The notes under the pieces are model-generated. The model did not search any database. It was given only the letters and a program-made list of their open reading frames with translations, and had not been told where the DNA came from. A stretch of 64,000 nucleotides of DNA from Macrostomum lignano (Eukaryota): assembly GCA_002269645.1 (NCBI GenBank), contig NIVC01001182.1, forward strand, positions 279,337-343,336, read 5' to 3'. Positions 1 to 13,000 of this stretch are shown here, piece by piece. The position numbers and the translations under genes are program-made. Each line of letters starts with the position of its first letter. Position 1 is the first letter of the stretch.

Positions 1-150
1 CCCTGGCTGCCTCTCTGGCGGCATTTCTCGGGGTTGTGCGCAATCCAATTGGCCTAGCACTCGCTAGCCCAATCAAATTAGAGTCCTCACCGGAGGTGAT
101 GTACAGTACGCATGTACGTATGTACGTATGTACAGTCACTGACTGTACAT

Positions 151-306
151 GCGCAACTTTGGGAATCACCCGGCCGCCTCCACCGGCAACACACACATGT
201 AAGTCGCTATTGGCTGAGAGCAGTCACGTGACTACTATTCCGTCCAATAGCGACTCACATGTGTGTGTTGCCAATAGAAACGGCCGAGTGAATCCCAAGG
301 TTGCGC
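151..306. repeat. Long imperfect palindrome centred on AGTCACGTGACT
   Basis: Arms GCGCAACTTTGGGAATCACCCGGCCG / CGGCCGAGTGAATCCCAAGGTTGCGC and GGCAACACACACATGTAAGTCGCTATTGG / CCAATAGCGACTCACATGTGTGTGTTGCC. Confidence 0.85.
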
Positions 307-1264
307 CCAAGCATGTGTACTCATCTAAAAATAACCCTATTTTTTCTTTCCAATTATTTCGGCCCTGGGCCTTGGTTAGGTGGGGGTGTACCTGGAGTGA
401 GTGCGTACTCTGGACTGCAGTGTGGCTTAGAACGGGACTTGAGCTCCCCGGTCGCACCCGCCCTGCAGGAAAGAAAATGACCATTCACAAAGGTGTACGG
501 TAGAGCCCAGTTAGCATGCCAGCCCTGAGGCTGAGCCCCGGGTTTAGGGTTCAGGTGCTCCTCCCATTGTTTTTATCCCCTTTGTGCTTTTATTAATGTA
601 AGGCCTTTGAATTCCGCGCCAAAATTCTGGAGTTATGAGCTCTGCCCTCCCTGCCCGGTCCATCCTGCTTTCCCCGGTCCATCCTGCTGGCTCCTCTGGA
701 AGTTCCCTGCCCTTGTGTCTCGGCTCTCATCTCTGACAGTGGATTGGAGTCCTGGGGTTGATGTTCGTCCCGAATCTGGGATACCGGCTGAGTCCGGGTC
801 CTCTTGCTCCTTGTGCCCCTTCCCGACCCCTTGGCCTGGCCTCCAAATTAGAGCTGGACAGGAGACTCGTCCTCGGAAACAAGCCTCCCAGACTCACTCC
901 AATTAATGCAAGCCATTTCCGTAGACTTCGGGGTTTCCCCGCTCTCGGACCGCTTTCAGTAGTATCCAATGCTTTTCCAATCTTTTTTTTGCGCACTCCC
1001 GGGATTTGTCTGCTGGGTGGTGGCTTGGGTGGACTCGGTCTTAGCACTGTCCTTGATTCCACTTCTGGGTTGGCGGTGTCTTAGTCCATAGGCTTGAGCT
1101 AGTAGCCCCAATTAGTGCTCTCTCCCTGGCCATGACGTCAGGTCCCAATCTGGGCTGCTCGGGCTATATGCCCACTGGTAGATGTGCCCCCTATACTCAG
1201 CGGCAGAGCCCTTCTCTGGGCTGATCCGCGGGAGCCCCTGGCTACCCACCCTCGTTTAACAACA

Positions 1265-1730
1265 ACAGAGGGTATGAAAAGGGATAAGAGGGGATGAGAT
1301 GCAAGGGGATGAGTGAATGAGAGGGGATGCGAAGGGATGAAAGGGGATAAAATGGGATGCAAAGGGATGAGAGGGACAAAAGGGATGCGAAGGGATGAGA
1401 GGGGATAAAATGGGATGCGAAGGAATGAGAGGGGATAAAAGGGGATGCGAAGGAATGAGGGAATAAAAGGGGATGCGAAGGGATGAGAGGGGATAAAATG
1501 GGATGCGAAGGAATGAGAGGGACAAAAGGGGATGCGAAGGGATGAGAGGGGATAAAAGGGGATACGAAGGGATGAGAGGGTATAAAAAGAGATGCGAAGG
1601 AATGAGAGGGGATAAGAAGAGATAAGAGGGAATGATAGGGATGAGAGGGAATAAGAGGGGATGAGAGGGGATAAGAGGGGATAAGAGGGATAAGAAGGGA
1701 TAAGAGGGGATAAGGGATAAGAGGCAATGA
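1265..1730. repeat. Purine-rich degenerate tandem repeat (about 30 bp)
   Basis: Units like GGGATGCGAAGGGATGAGAGGGGATAAAA. Confidence 0.85.
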
Positions 1731-1954
1731 TGAGAGGGGTGAAGCGATGGGGAAAAGAGAAGAGAAGAAAGGAAAGGAAAAATAAGGTGAGCTGAGCAGA
1801 TGATAAGGAGATACGATTTAATTTATGAAAAATATGGTATCACGGTCGTGAGCAGTGAAACAAGTGATAGGGAAAAAACTAAATATACATAAGTAAGATG
1901 TATTGCACAAGACAAAAAAAGCAAATTTATCCTCTGTTACTTTAACACACAGCA

Positions 1955-4900
1955 CTACTCACCAGTAGCATTGTGATATTCCTTAGCAGTTTTGGTTAGT
2001 CGATCTTTCCACCTGTCCCGATCTTGAGCACTCTGACAGCGGAACACCCAGTCCTCGTTAGGCAGCACCCGAATGCAGAGCAGCGGCGGCTCCGCCCCGC
2101 TGTCCCGATCTGGCTCTGGTACAGTCATCAGATCGTTCAGTATAATCGGCCTCTTGTACATTCGGTATTTCTGCTTCTGACTGTTGGCCAGTTGATCGTC
2201 TTCTGAAGCTGACGCGGCATTGCCGTCCAGAGCCAGCGAGGGGAACACAAACGGCCGGCCCTGGGTGTTGAAGACTGGCACTGTTAGCAGTAGGAAATCG
2301 TTGAATAAAAACACCACAAGCTCTTTGCCGCCCTTGTGCTTGAACAGGGTGCCCCAGTGCACTAGGCGGCGCTGGCCGAGGCAGTTGGTCTGCGAGTTGA
2401 ACACCAGCTTCTCCGACAGGCCTTCGCAGATCACGTGCTCCTGGGAGTTTGGTTTGTTTTTGAGTATAGATGAATGCACATCTGCTTAATCTGTCAGTCA
2501 AACTGTGGCAAGTGTTACTAGTCGCTACTTCATTCACTCACTCACTCGGCTCCCTCATTCACTCACTCGCTCCCTCATTCACTCACTCGCTCCCTCATTC
2601 ACTCACTAACTCGCTCCCTCCCTCACTCACTAACTCGCTCCCTCACTCACTCACTAACTCGCTCCCTCACTCACTCACTAACTCGCTCCCTCATTCATTC
2701 ATTCACTCACTCACTCCCTCATTCACTCACTCGCTGCCTCATTCACTCACTCAGTGACTTAGTGGCTCACTCACCAGACCAGCAAGGCCCCGCACTCACC
2801 TGGCACCACTCCAAGCGACCAGAGTTCTCAGTCTCTCGCACGCTCTCATTGACAGTCTGGCACAGCTTCTTAGCCTCATCCAGAGCCTCCTGCAGACTGC
2901 CCCTGTCCGGATGCGACTCGGGCGTAGCTTTGAGCAGCTTCTCAATCAGCAGCGGATAGCGAGTGATTCTTTGCATAGGCTTAACAAAATATTGAATTAA
3001 ACCCATCAGCTTGCCGCTAGAGGTCTGCTGCTCGCAGTGGCGAACTAGTTGGGCGAGCTCGGGCACGGAGTTAATCCGTTGAGTGAGCAGTTGAGTAGCC
3101 GCGCTCTGCCTGCCGCAGAATCTGACGTAGCAGGTGAGCTGGGGCAGGTGCTGCAGCATGATGTCACCGATGGCGTCTGTGCCGCCCTCTTTGCGTACCT
3201 GATCAAGTTTGCATAGTTTAGTAAAATGCTAGTCCGATAATCCATATAGAGACACGATAATCCATATAGAGACACGATAGTCCATAAGGACACACGATAA
3301 TCCATAAGGACACACGATAATCCATATAGACACACAATAATGCATCCAGACACACGATAATCCATAAGGACACACGATAATCCATATAGACACACAATAA
3401 TGCATCCAGACACACGATAATCCATACAGAAACACGATAATCCATACAGAAACACGATAATCCATACAGACACACGATAATCTAAAAAAGGGTAATCCAC
3501 ACAGACACACGATAATCCATACAGACACATGATAATCCATACAGACACATGATAATCCATACAGACACACGATAATTCACACAGACACACGATAATTCTA
3601 ACAGACACACGATAATCCACACAGACACACGATAATCCATATAGACACGATAAACTATGCAGACACGATAACCCATATAGATTTCCCCATTAAAAAGCAA
3701 CGCAACAACAAGCAGCCCACCTTCAAAGCCATGAGCAGACTGTAGGAGCAGTTCATCAGGTCGGTCCAATTCAGAAAGATGGCATCCAGTTGGTCCTGCG
3801 TCAGCAGACCAGATTCTAGCATTGGCTCGTGAAATTTATTCCAAACCTCTAACAGATCGTTGTAATAGGTATTCTCGCTGTTAGTCAACTCGTTGACCAC
3901 CATCTGGCGATTTGGCTCCTGCTGAGGCAGCGGTTCAACGTAATTTACAGGGAAGAGGCCTTCGCGTAGGCTAGCCGTCCTGCCCCTGTGCCAGTCTGGC
4001 TCGTCTTTGGAGATCACCTGGGCAAGACAGGTAGGATTGGATCAAATGAATAGCTTATTTACTTGTTGCTAAGGCTTGGTTGCTAGGGGCAATGCGGCCG
4101 TTTTTCTGGGACTTTCTCTAATTTTAGTATACTTCCTGTCAGCTCCAACTCCTAATCTCTCCCTTGTCTATCTACCCAATCTCTCCCTTGTCTATCTACC
4201 TAATCTCTCTCTTGTCTGTCTACCTAATCTCTTCCTTGTCTGTCTACCCGCAATCTCTTCCTTGTCTATCTACCCAATCTCTCCCTTGTCTATCTACCTA
4301 ATCTCTCCCTTGTCTGTCTACCCAATCTCTCCCTTGTCTATCTACCCAATCTCTCCCTTGTCTATCTACCTAATCTCTCCCTTGTCTGTCTACCCAATCT
4401 CTCCCTTGTCTATCTACCCAATCTCTCCCTTGTCTATCTACCCAATCTCTCCCTTGTCTATCTACCCAATCTCTCCCTTGTCTATCTACCCAATCTCTCC
4501 CTTGTCTGTCTACCCAATCTCTCCCTTGTCTATCTACCCAATCTCTCCCTTGTCTATCTACCCAATCTCTCCCTTGTCTATCTACCTAATCTCTCCCTTG
4601 TCTATCTACCAAATCTCTCCCTTGTCTATCTACCCAATCTCTCCCTTGTCTATCTACCCAATCTCTCCCTTGTCTATCTACCCAATCTCTCCCTTGTCTA
4701 TCTACCCAATCTCTCCCTTGTCTGTCTACCCAATCTCTCCCTTGTCTATCTACCCAATCTCTCCCTTGTCTATCTACCCAATCTCTCCCTTGTCTATCTA
4801 CCTAATCTCTCCCTTGTCTGTCTACCCAATCTCTCCCTTGTCTATCTACCCAATCTCTCCCTTGTCTATCTACCTAATCTCTCCCTTGTCTGTCTACCCA

Positions 4901-7900
4901 ATCTCTCCCTTGTCTATCTACCTAATCTCTTCCTTGTCTGTCTACCCAATCTCTACCTTGTCTATCTACCCAATCTCTCCCTTGTCTATCTACCTAATCT
5001 CTCCCTTGTCTGTCTACCCAATCTCTCCCTTGTCTATCTACCTAATCTCTCCCTTGTCTGTCTACCCAATCTCTCCCTTGTCTGTCTACCCAATCTCTCC
5101 CTTGTCTATCTACCTAATCTCTCCCTTGTCTATCTACCTAATCTCTTCCTTGTCTGTCTACCCAATCTCTTCCTTGTCTATCTACCTAATCTCTTCCTTG
5201 TCTATCTACCTAATCTCTCCCTTGTCTATCTACCAAATCTCTCCCTTGTCTACAAAATTTCTCCCCTTAAGAAAAAAATCAGACATGCGATGTCATGGAA
5301 TTTTCGCGCCGGTAAGAATCAGAAGTCAGCGAAAAAACAATTGTGACGTAATGAAATTTCTGCGAAAATTTTGTATTGATAAGGAAAAAGTACTGCAGAT
5401 TAACAGAAATCGTTATTGCTTATTTACGTAAATTGAAAGCAAATTTTAAATATAAAAAACTTGATGCTATGAAATGAAATTCTAAAAACATAACGCTATC
5501 TATCATGCACACAACTTGCACTATTGTTGACATTAGGGTGAAAACATAATGAAGAAAGTAAAAACGTCGAAATTATAAAAATCCTTTGATCAATATCCTA
5601 ATCTACGCGACTACTATCAAAAAAGCCCTACTAAAAGTAATTAAAAGTCTAACACAGCCAGCCATTTAATCATGTTTAGAATCAGATGCACTAAACATAC
5701 TACTGTTTGATTAATTTTGCTAAGCGAGTCAAATGAATCATATAAAATAATGGTATGTACAAGTAAGATAATTAATAAAAATACTCTAAAATTGATAATG
5801 ACTTTAGCAAAAATTGGCTTTGGCTTGGCAGCTTAATATAGATAATTCATTTAGAATCCCGCTCTTATATATTATTACTCATTAGACAGTGTTACATATT
5901 GGCATAACCACACTGGAGGGTCAGGAAGGGTGGCATAACCACACTGGAGGGTCAGGAAGGGTGGCATAACCACACTGGAGGGTCAGGAAGGGTGGCATAA
6001 CCCCACTGGAGAGTCTGGGAGAGTGGCATAACCCCACTGGAGAGTCTGGGAGAGTGGCATAACCCCACTGGAGAGTCTGGGAGAGTGGCATAACCCCACT
6101 GGAGAGTCTGGGAGAGTGGCATAACCCCACTGGAGAGTCTGGGAGAGTGGCATAACCCCACTGGAGAGTCTGGGAGGGTGGCATAACCCCACTGGAGAGT
6201 CTGGGAGGGTGGCATAACCCCACTGGAGAGTCTGGGAGAGTGGCATAACCCCACTGGAGAGTCTGGGAGGGTGGCATAACCCCACTGGAGAGTCTAGGAG
6301 GGTGGCATAACCCCACTGGAGAGTCTGGGAGAGTGGCATAACCCCACTGGAGAGTCTGGGAGGGTGGCATAACCCCACTGGAGAGTCTAGGAGGGTGGCA
6401 TAACCCCACTGGAGAGTCTGGGAGAGTGGCATAACCCCACTGGAGAGTCTGGGAGGGTGGCATAACCCCACTGGAGAGTCTGGGAGGGTGGCATAACCAC
6501 ACTAGAGAGTCTGGGAGGGTGGCATAACCCCACTGGAGAGTCTGGGAGAGTGGCATAACCCCACTGGAGGGTCAGGAAGGGTGGCATAGCCCCACTGAAG
6601 AGTCTGGGAGAGTGGCATAACCCCACTGGAGGGTCTGGGAGGGTGGCATAACCCCACTGGAGAGTCTGGGAGGGTGGCATAACCCCACTGGAGAGTCTGG
6701 GAGGGTGACGTAACCCCACTGTAGAGTCTGGGAGGGTGGCATAACCACACTGGATGGTCAGGAAGGGTGCCATAACCCCACTGGAGAGTCTGGGAGGGTG
6801 ACATAACCCCACTGGAGAGTCTGGGAGGGTGGCATAACCCCATTGGAGAGTCTGGGAGGGTGGCATAACCCCACTGGAGAGTCTGGGAGGGTGGCATAAC
6901 GCCACTGGAGAGTCTGGGAGGGTGGCATAACCCCACTGGAGAGTCTGAGAGAGTGGCATAACCCCACTGGAGAGTCTGGGAGGGTGGCATAACGCCACTG
7001 GAGAGTCTGGGAGGGTGGCATAACGCCACTGGAGAGTCTGGGAGGGTGGCATAACCCCACTGGAGAGTCTGAGAGAGTGGCATAACCCCATTGGAGAGTC
7101 TGGGAGGGTGGCATAACCCCACTGGAGAGTCTGGGAGGGTGGCATAACCCCACTGGAGAGTCTGGGAGGGTGGCATAACCCCATTGGAGAGTCTGGTAGG
7201 GTGGCATAACCCCACTGGAGAGTCTGGGAGGGTGGCATAACCCCACTGGAGAGTCTGGGAGGGTGGCATAACCCCACTGGAGGGTCTGGGAGGGTGGCGC
7301 TAAATAATTTAAAATCGTCAATAAAATGAAGCATATTTGAAGATATGAATATCTATAAACATTTATTAGAATGATACTCTATCCTGCGTTGTATTTTTGT
7401 GCCTATTAAAGTATCAGTTTTCATAAAGTAGTGATATTATAAATATATTTAACTAAATAATGTTATCGTCGAATATATAAATTGAATATGATTTAAAAAG
7501 CACCCTATTTGATTATTATAATTCTAAGAGAGTGAATGAATAATTAAAATCAATCAAAATTGTCATTGAAATATAAATTAATCGAATGTTTTAACAATCA
7601 AAAGATATGATTTGTAGCTTTTAATATATAGAGAATTAATTAATCCTTCTCATGATCATTCCCCTGCAAATGAGTGGGGGATACAGTTCTAGGATAAAAT
7701 ATACACATTTCATCTGCCAAGGTACAGTTGAATTTGATTTTATACAGTTTACTAAAATCAACTATAAAAAGTACATCCTGCAGTATATTAGCAGCTAGGA
7801 TAATAAAATTGAAATTATGAAATTTTAAACTGGCTGTGGCTCGACCATAAATCAATAATAGGTGCCAATGTTGAAACTTGAAAAATGTCACTCCAAATTA

Positions 7901-9495
7901 ATTCTCCACTCTGTATACTTCTATAACTCCAAAAATTTCACTCCCATAATGTCACTCTGAAAATGGCACCCCCATAATGTCACACTAGAACTGGCATTCC
8001 TATAATGTCACTCTGGAAATGGCACTCCCATAATGTCACTCTGGAAATGGCACTCCTATAATGTCACTCTGAAAATGGCACTCCCATGTCACTCCTATAA
8101 TGTCACTCCCATAATGTCACTCTGGAAATGGCACTCCTATAATGTCACTCTGAAAATGGCACTCCCATAGTGTCACTCTAGAAATGACACTCCCATAATG
8201 TCACTCTAAAAATGGCACTTCAATAATGTCACTCTGGAAATGACACTCTCATAATGTCACTCTGGAAATGGCACTCCCATAATGTCACTCTGAAAATGTC
8301 AATTCCAGAATGTCACTCTAAAAAAATATAATTATACAGCACTCTGAAAATGATCTTAGTCTTGCAATGAATTGTCACTCTAAATGTCTAAATCTCACTC
8401 CGAAAACGTCGCACCTTTATGGCCTAGCATATTTTTGATGAACTCAATCAACATAGGCAAAATCTACATAAACATGGATTATAAGATTGAAGCATAATAA
8501 AGTGGGATTAATAAAGAACACAACACGTAAACAAACAGTGGATTTGCAAAACAATAATTAGCCTTACAAACTACTCACCGTGATAATCGTTCCTTTTTCA
8601 AACGTCAACTCGTCGTCATTTCGAGCCTGATAGCGATACTTAGCAACCACTCGTTCAACGCTAGACGATGGAGCTTTGTTATAACTAGACGATAGAGCGT
8701 CATCGCTGGTTGCCATTGACAACGCCGCCGTGGGCTGCTGCTGAGCGGACATGGAGCCTGCTAATGTAGGCGTAGCGGCTTTCTTACCAGCCGAGGCGAA
8801 CAGGTCCGGGGTGGAGGCGGACACGGAGGCGACTCCAGCGGTATGAACTGAGGATTTCTTTAACCGATCCTGGGGAGCAGCTGAGGCCACGGGCGCGGCG
8901 CTGGTAGGCATGGACTGATTGGAGGTGACGCTCTGTCTGGATGCCGGCCGCTGGTCGTTAGCAACCGAGGGTTGTTCCAATTTAGTATAGGAAGCTGGGA
9001 ACCAGCCGATTCGTTTGACGCCATTCTCAACGACTTCGCCGTTCCACCAGCCGCTGGCCGGCTTCTTTTTAACTACGATTCGCATGCCGACTCGGAGCGA
9101 CAGCTGGCCCTCGCCGCCGGCTTCGAATGGGGCGGTTGCTATGGCGATTTCTTGCTGCTGCTGAGGCTGTTGCTGAGGCTGTTGCTGAGGCTGCTGATCG
9201 AATACGGAGCTGGGCGCCGAGTCAAAGGTGGAGGCGGCGTCGGCGAACGGATCCGCTGCGGCGCTGGTCGCCGACGCGTCGCCGAACGGGTCAGATGTGG
9301 CGGCTGGGGCGCCTAAAATATTGATGATATAAGAATAAGCCAGTATAAGAATTTTGTGCGACAGGAAATAAAAGCAGTATAGGGGAGGGAGGTCCAGGTT
9401 TTTCCAGACACACAGAGACAGACAGACAGACAGACAGGCAGGCAGACAGACAGACAGACAGGCAGACAGACGGGCAGGCAGACAGACAGACAGGC

Positions 9496-9532
<37 letters not shown>

Positions 9533-9537
9533 GGCAC

Positions 9538-9576
<39 letters not shown>

Positions 9577-9578
9577 GG

Positions 9579-9616
<38 letters not shown>

Positions 9617-9649
9617 CACAGACAGACAGACAGACAGACAGACAGGCAC

Positions 9650-9720
<71 letters not shown>

Positions 9721-9843
9721 GGCAGACAGACAGACAGGCAGACAGACAGACAGGCACACAGACAGACAGGCAGACAGACAGACAGGCACACAGACAGACA
9801 GGCAGACAGACAGACAGGCAGACAGACAGACAGACAGGCAGGC

Positions 9844-9884
<41 letters not shown>

Positions 9885-9917
9885 CACAGACAGACAGACA
9901 GACAGACAGACAGGCAC

Positions 9918-9968
<51 letters not shown>

Positions 9969-9987
9969 GGCACACAGACAGACAGGC

Positions 9988-10032
<45 letters not shown>

Positions 10033-13000
10033 GGCACACAGACAGACAGGCAGACAGACAGAGGCACACAGACGACACAAGCCACAAGCATCTCTAGCAC
10101 GCACCGGAAGCAGCCGAGCCAGCCCTCTCGGTGACAAAGTTAGCGGGGAAAATGCCCCTCTGCGCCGGGTCCCTTCGCAGGTAGCCCTCCCACCAGTCGC
10201 CAAGGCCGTCGCTAATCACAACAATTTCTTCTGCTACGCCGAAATTCAAGTCGCCAGGCGTGCCGCTGTCGAACTGGTAGAGCGACACAACAATTCTCTG
10301 TTGCTGGGCGGTTGCCGAGGCAGGAGGAGCCACTACCGGCACGTTGACATAGTCGCTACTCTGCTGCTCGGTGGTGACGCAACCAGACGGGAACCAGCCC
10401 TCCGAGCTGTCAGTCATTGAACGGCCAAACAGCCAGTTGTCCTTGCGCATGCTGACGCTCACCTCGCAGCCGATGGTCAGACTCAGCTCGGACGGGCTGG
10501 CCGCCTGATGCTCGGCCATGGCAACCGCCGTGTATGGCGCCGACAGTTTGGTCACCTTAGAGAAGGCGCTCGCTGTTTCGTCGTGTCCACCGGGTGGAAA
10601 CGACGCTGGAACTGGGGGAGCGTCGTTGGGCAGCTTGTCGTAGGGCTCGGCCGCTGCTGCTGCTTCGGCGGCGACCGCCTCGGCCGTGCCTTCTTCGGCG
10701 ACGTAGTTGCGAGGCACCAGGCCGGCGCGGTCGGAACCGCATCTGTGGACACGGAGAAATTTTCATTAGGATAGTGTCTGCTTAACGAATTCTGGGTACT
10801 TGTGTCTGTTAAGTACCTACGTGTGTATCTGAGTACCTAAGTGTCTATCTGAGTAGCTAAGTGTCTATCTGAGTACCTAAGTGTCTATATGAGTACCTAC
10901 GTGTCTATCTGAGTACCTAAGTGTCTATATGAGTACCTAAGTGTCTATATGAGTACCTACGTGTCTATCTGAGTACCTACGTGTCTATCTGAGTACCTAA
11001 AGTGTCTATCTGAGTACCTACGTGTCTATCTGAGTACCTAAGTGTCTATCTGAGTACCTAAGTGTCTATCTGAGTACCTAAGTGTCTATTTGAATGCCTT
11101 AGTGTCTATATGAGTACCTAAGTGTCTATATGAGTACCTAAGTGTCTAATAGAGTACCTAAGTGTCTATATGAGTACCTAAGTGTCTATCTGAGTATTCT
11201 ATTTGAGTACCCAAGTATCGATTTGAGTATCTAAGCATCTGTGTTAAATACCTAAGTGTCTATATGAGTACTTAAGTGTCTATCTGAGTACCTAAGCGTT
11301 TATTTGAATACTTAAGTGTCTATCTGAGTACCTAAGTGTCTATTTGAATGCCTAAGTGTCTATATGAGTACCTAAGTGTCTATATGAGTACCTAAGTGTC
11401 TAATAGAGTACCTAAGTGTCTATATGAGTACCTAAGTGTCTATCTGAGTATTCTATTTGAGTACCCAAGTATCGATTTGAGTATCTAAGCATCTGTGTTA
11501 AATACCTAAGTGTCTATATGAGTACTTAAGTGTCTATCTGAGTACCTAAGCGTTTATTTGAATACTTAAGTGTCTATCTGAGTACCTAAGTGTCTATCTG
11601 AGTACCTAAGCGTTTATTTGAATACTTAAGTGTCTATCTGAGTACCTAAGTGTCTATCTGAGTACCTAAGCGTTTATTTGAATACTTAAGTGTATATCTG
11701 AGTTACCTAAGTGTCTATCTGAGTATTCTATTTGAGTACCCAAGTATCGATTTGAGTATCTAAGCATCTGTGGTATAAATACCTAATTGTCTATTTGAGT
11801 ACCTAAACATACAATAGAGTACAATTAGCTCAAATTACCTAGCAAACAACCAACTCGCTTCCACCCCAGTCTGCTCAGCAGCGCTAGCAATAATCAACTC
11901 GCCAACTTGAATGGACATCTCGTCGTGCCGGCTGCCAGTGAAATCGTACAGAGCTCGATAACTCGTTCGAATATCGTCATAAACAGGCTCCGAGGCCGCC
12001 GCCGCAGGCGCTTGTTTCAATCCACCGAAAGCGGCTTGAAACGCTTCCCAATTTTTCCTGTCCTGACTGGACTTCTCCGCCTCAATTTCATCTTCAAAGC
12101 TTCTATGGCCCGAAACGGCGTTGCCAGCTGTTGATATCGGCTTCTTTTGCTGCGGCTGTTGCTGCTGCGAGAACATATCGCCAAGATTGTTGCTATCGGT
12201 CGGGCCAGTGGAGGTCCAGTCTGAGTCGGCCCAGCCGAATCCATTCTCAGAAGCGGCTGTAGCAGCGGCCTCTTCGCCGCCGCCTCCTCCAGTTGTCGCC
12301 GTCGGTGGCCAGGGCGACGTCGATGAAGGCGCAAAGAAGTCGTCGCTATCGCCGAACAGATTGGCTCCGAAATCTGGCTGCTTTGGCTTGGCATTTTCCA
12401 CTGTTGGCTGCTTCTGCGTCTGCTTTTGCTGCTTCTGTTGCTCTTGTAGTATTCGCGATTTCACTTTGGAAATTTCTGCACGAATTTTGTCCGCCTCGGT
12501 TCGACTGCGGACTATGCGGTTTCTGGTGTTGGCCAGCTCTTCGCCTCGCTTGGTGAGGGCTCGCTCAGCTTCTGTTGATCTGCATCAGAAGGGGATTTAA
12601 ATATTTAAAATTGAATATGTAGTAATTCAATCTGTGTAGCAATCTGCAATACAATCTGTGTAGCAATCTGCAATCTAATCTGTGTAGCAATCTGCAATCT
12701 AATCTGTGTAGCAATCTGCAATCTAATCTGTGTAGCAATCTGCAATCTAATCTGTGTAGCAATCTGCAATCTAATCTGTGTAGCAATCTGCAATCTAATC
12801 TGTGTAGCAATCTGCAATCTAATCTGTGTAGTAATCTGCAATCTAATCTGTGTAGCAATCTGCAATCTAATCTGTGTAGTAATCTGTAATCTAATCTGTG
12901 TAGCAATCTGCAATCTAATCTGTGTAGCAATCTGTAATCTAATCTGTGCAGTAATCTGCAATCTAATCTGTGCAGTAATCTGCAATCTAATCTGTGTAGT

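Noticed and set aside
600-1240. Terminal intersectin C2 exon or a retroelement coding fragment
   Set aside because: No C2 motif in any minus frame; frames are short, interrupted and match no family I recognise.
5900-7300. 31-bp repeat array as a CRISPR
   Set aside because: Units are head-to-tail with no unique spacers, there are no cas genes, and it lies in a eukaryotic intron.
8564-10087. 507-aa ORF as a single coding exon
   Set aside because: Its first half is (CTGT)n intron; the true exon is 8579-9312 with a TTAG acceptor.
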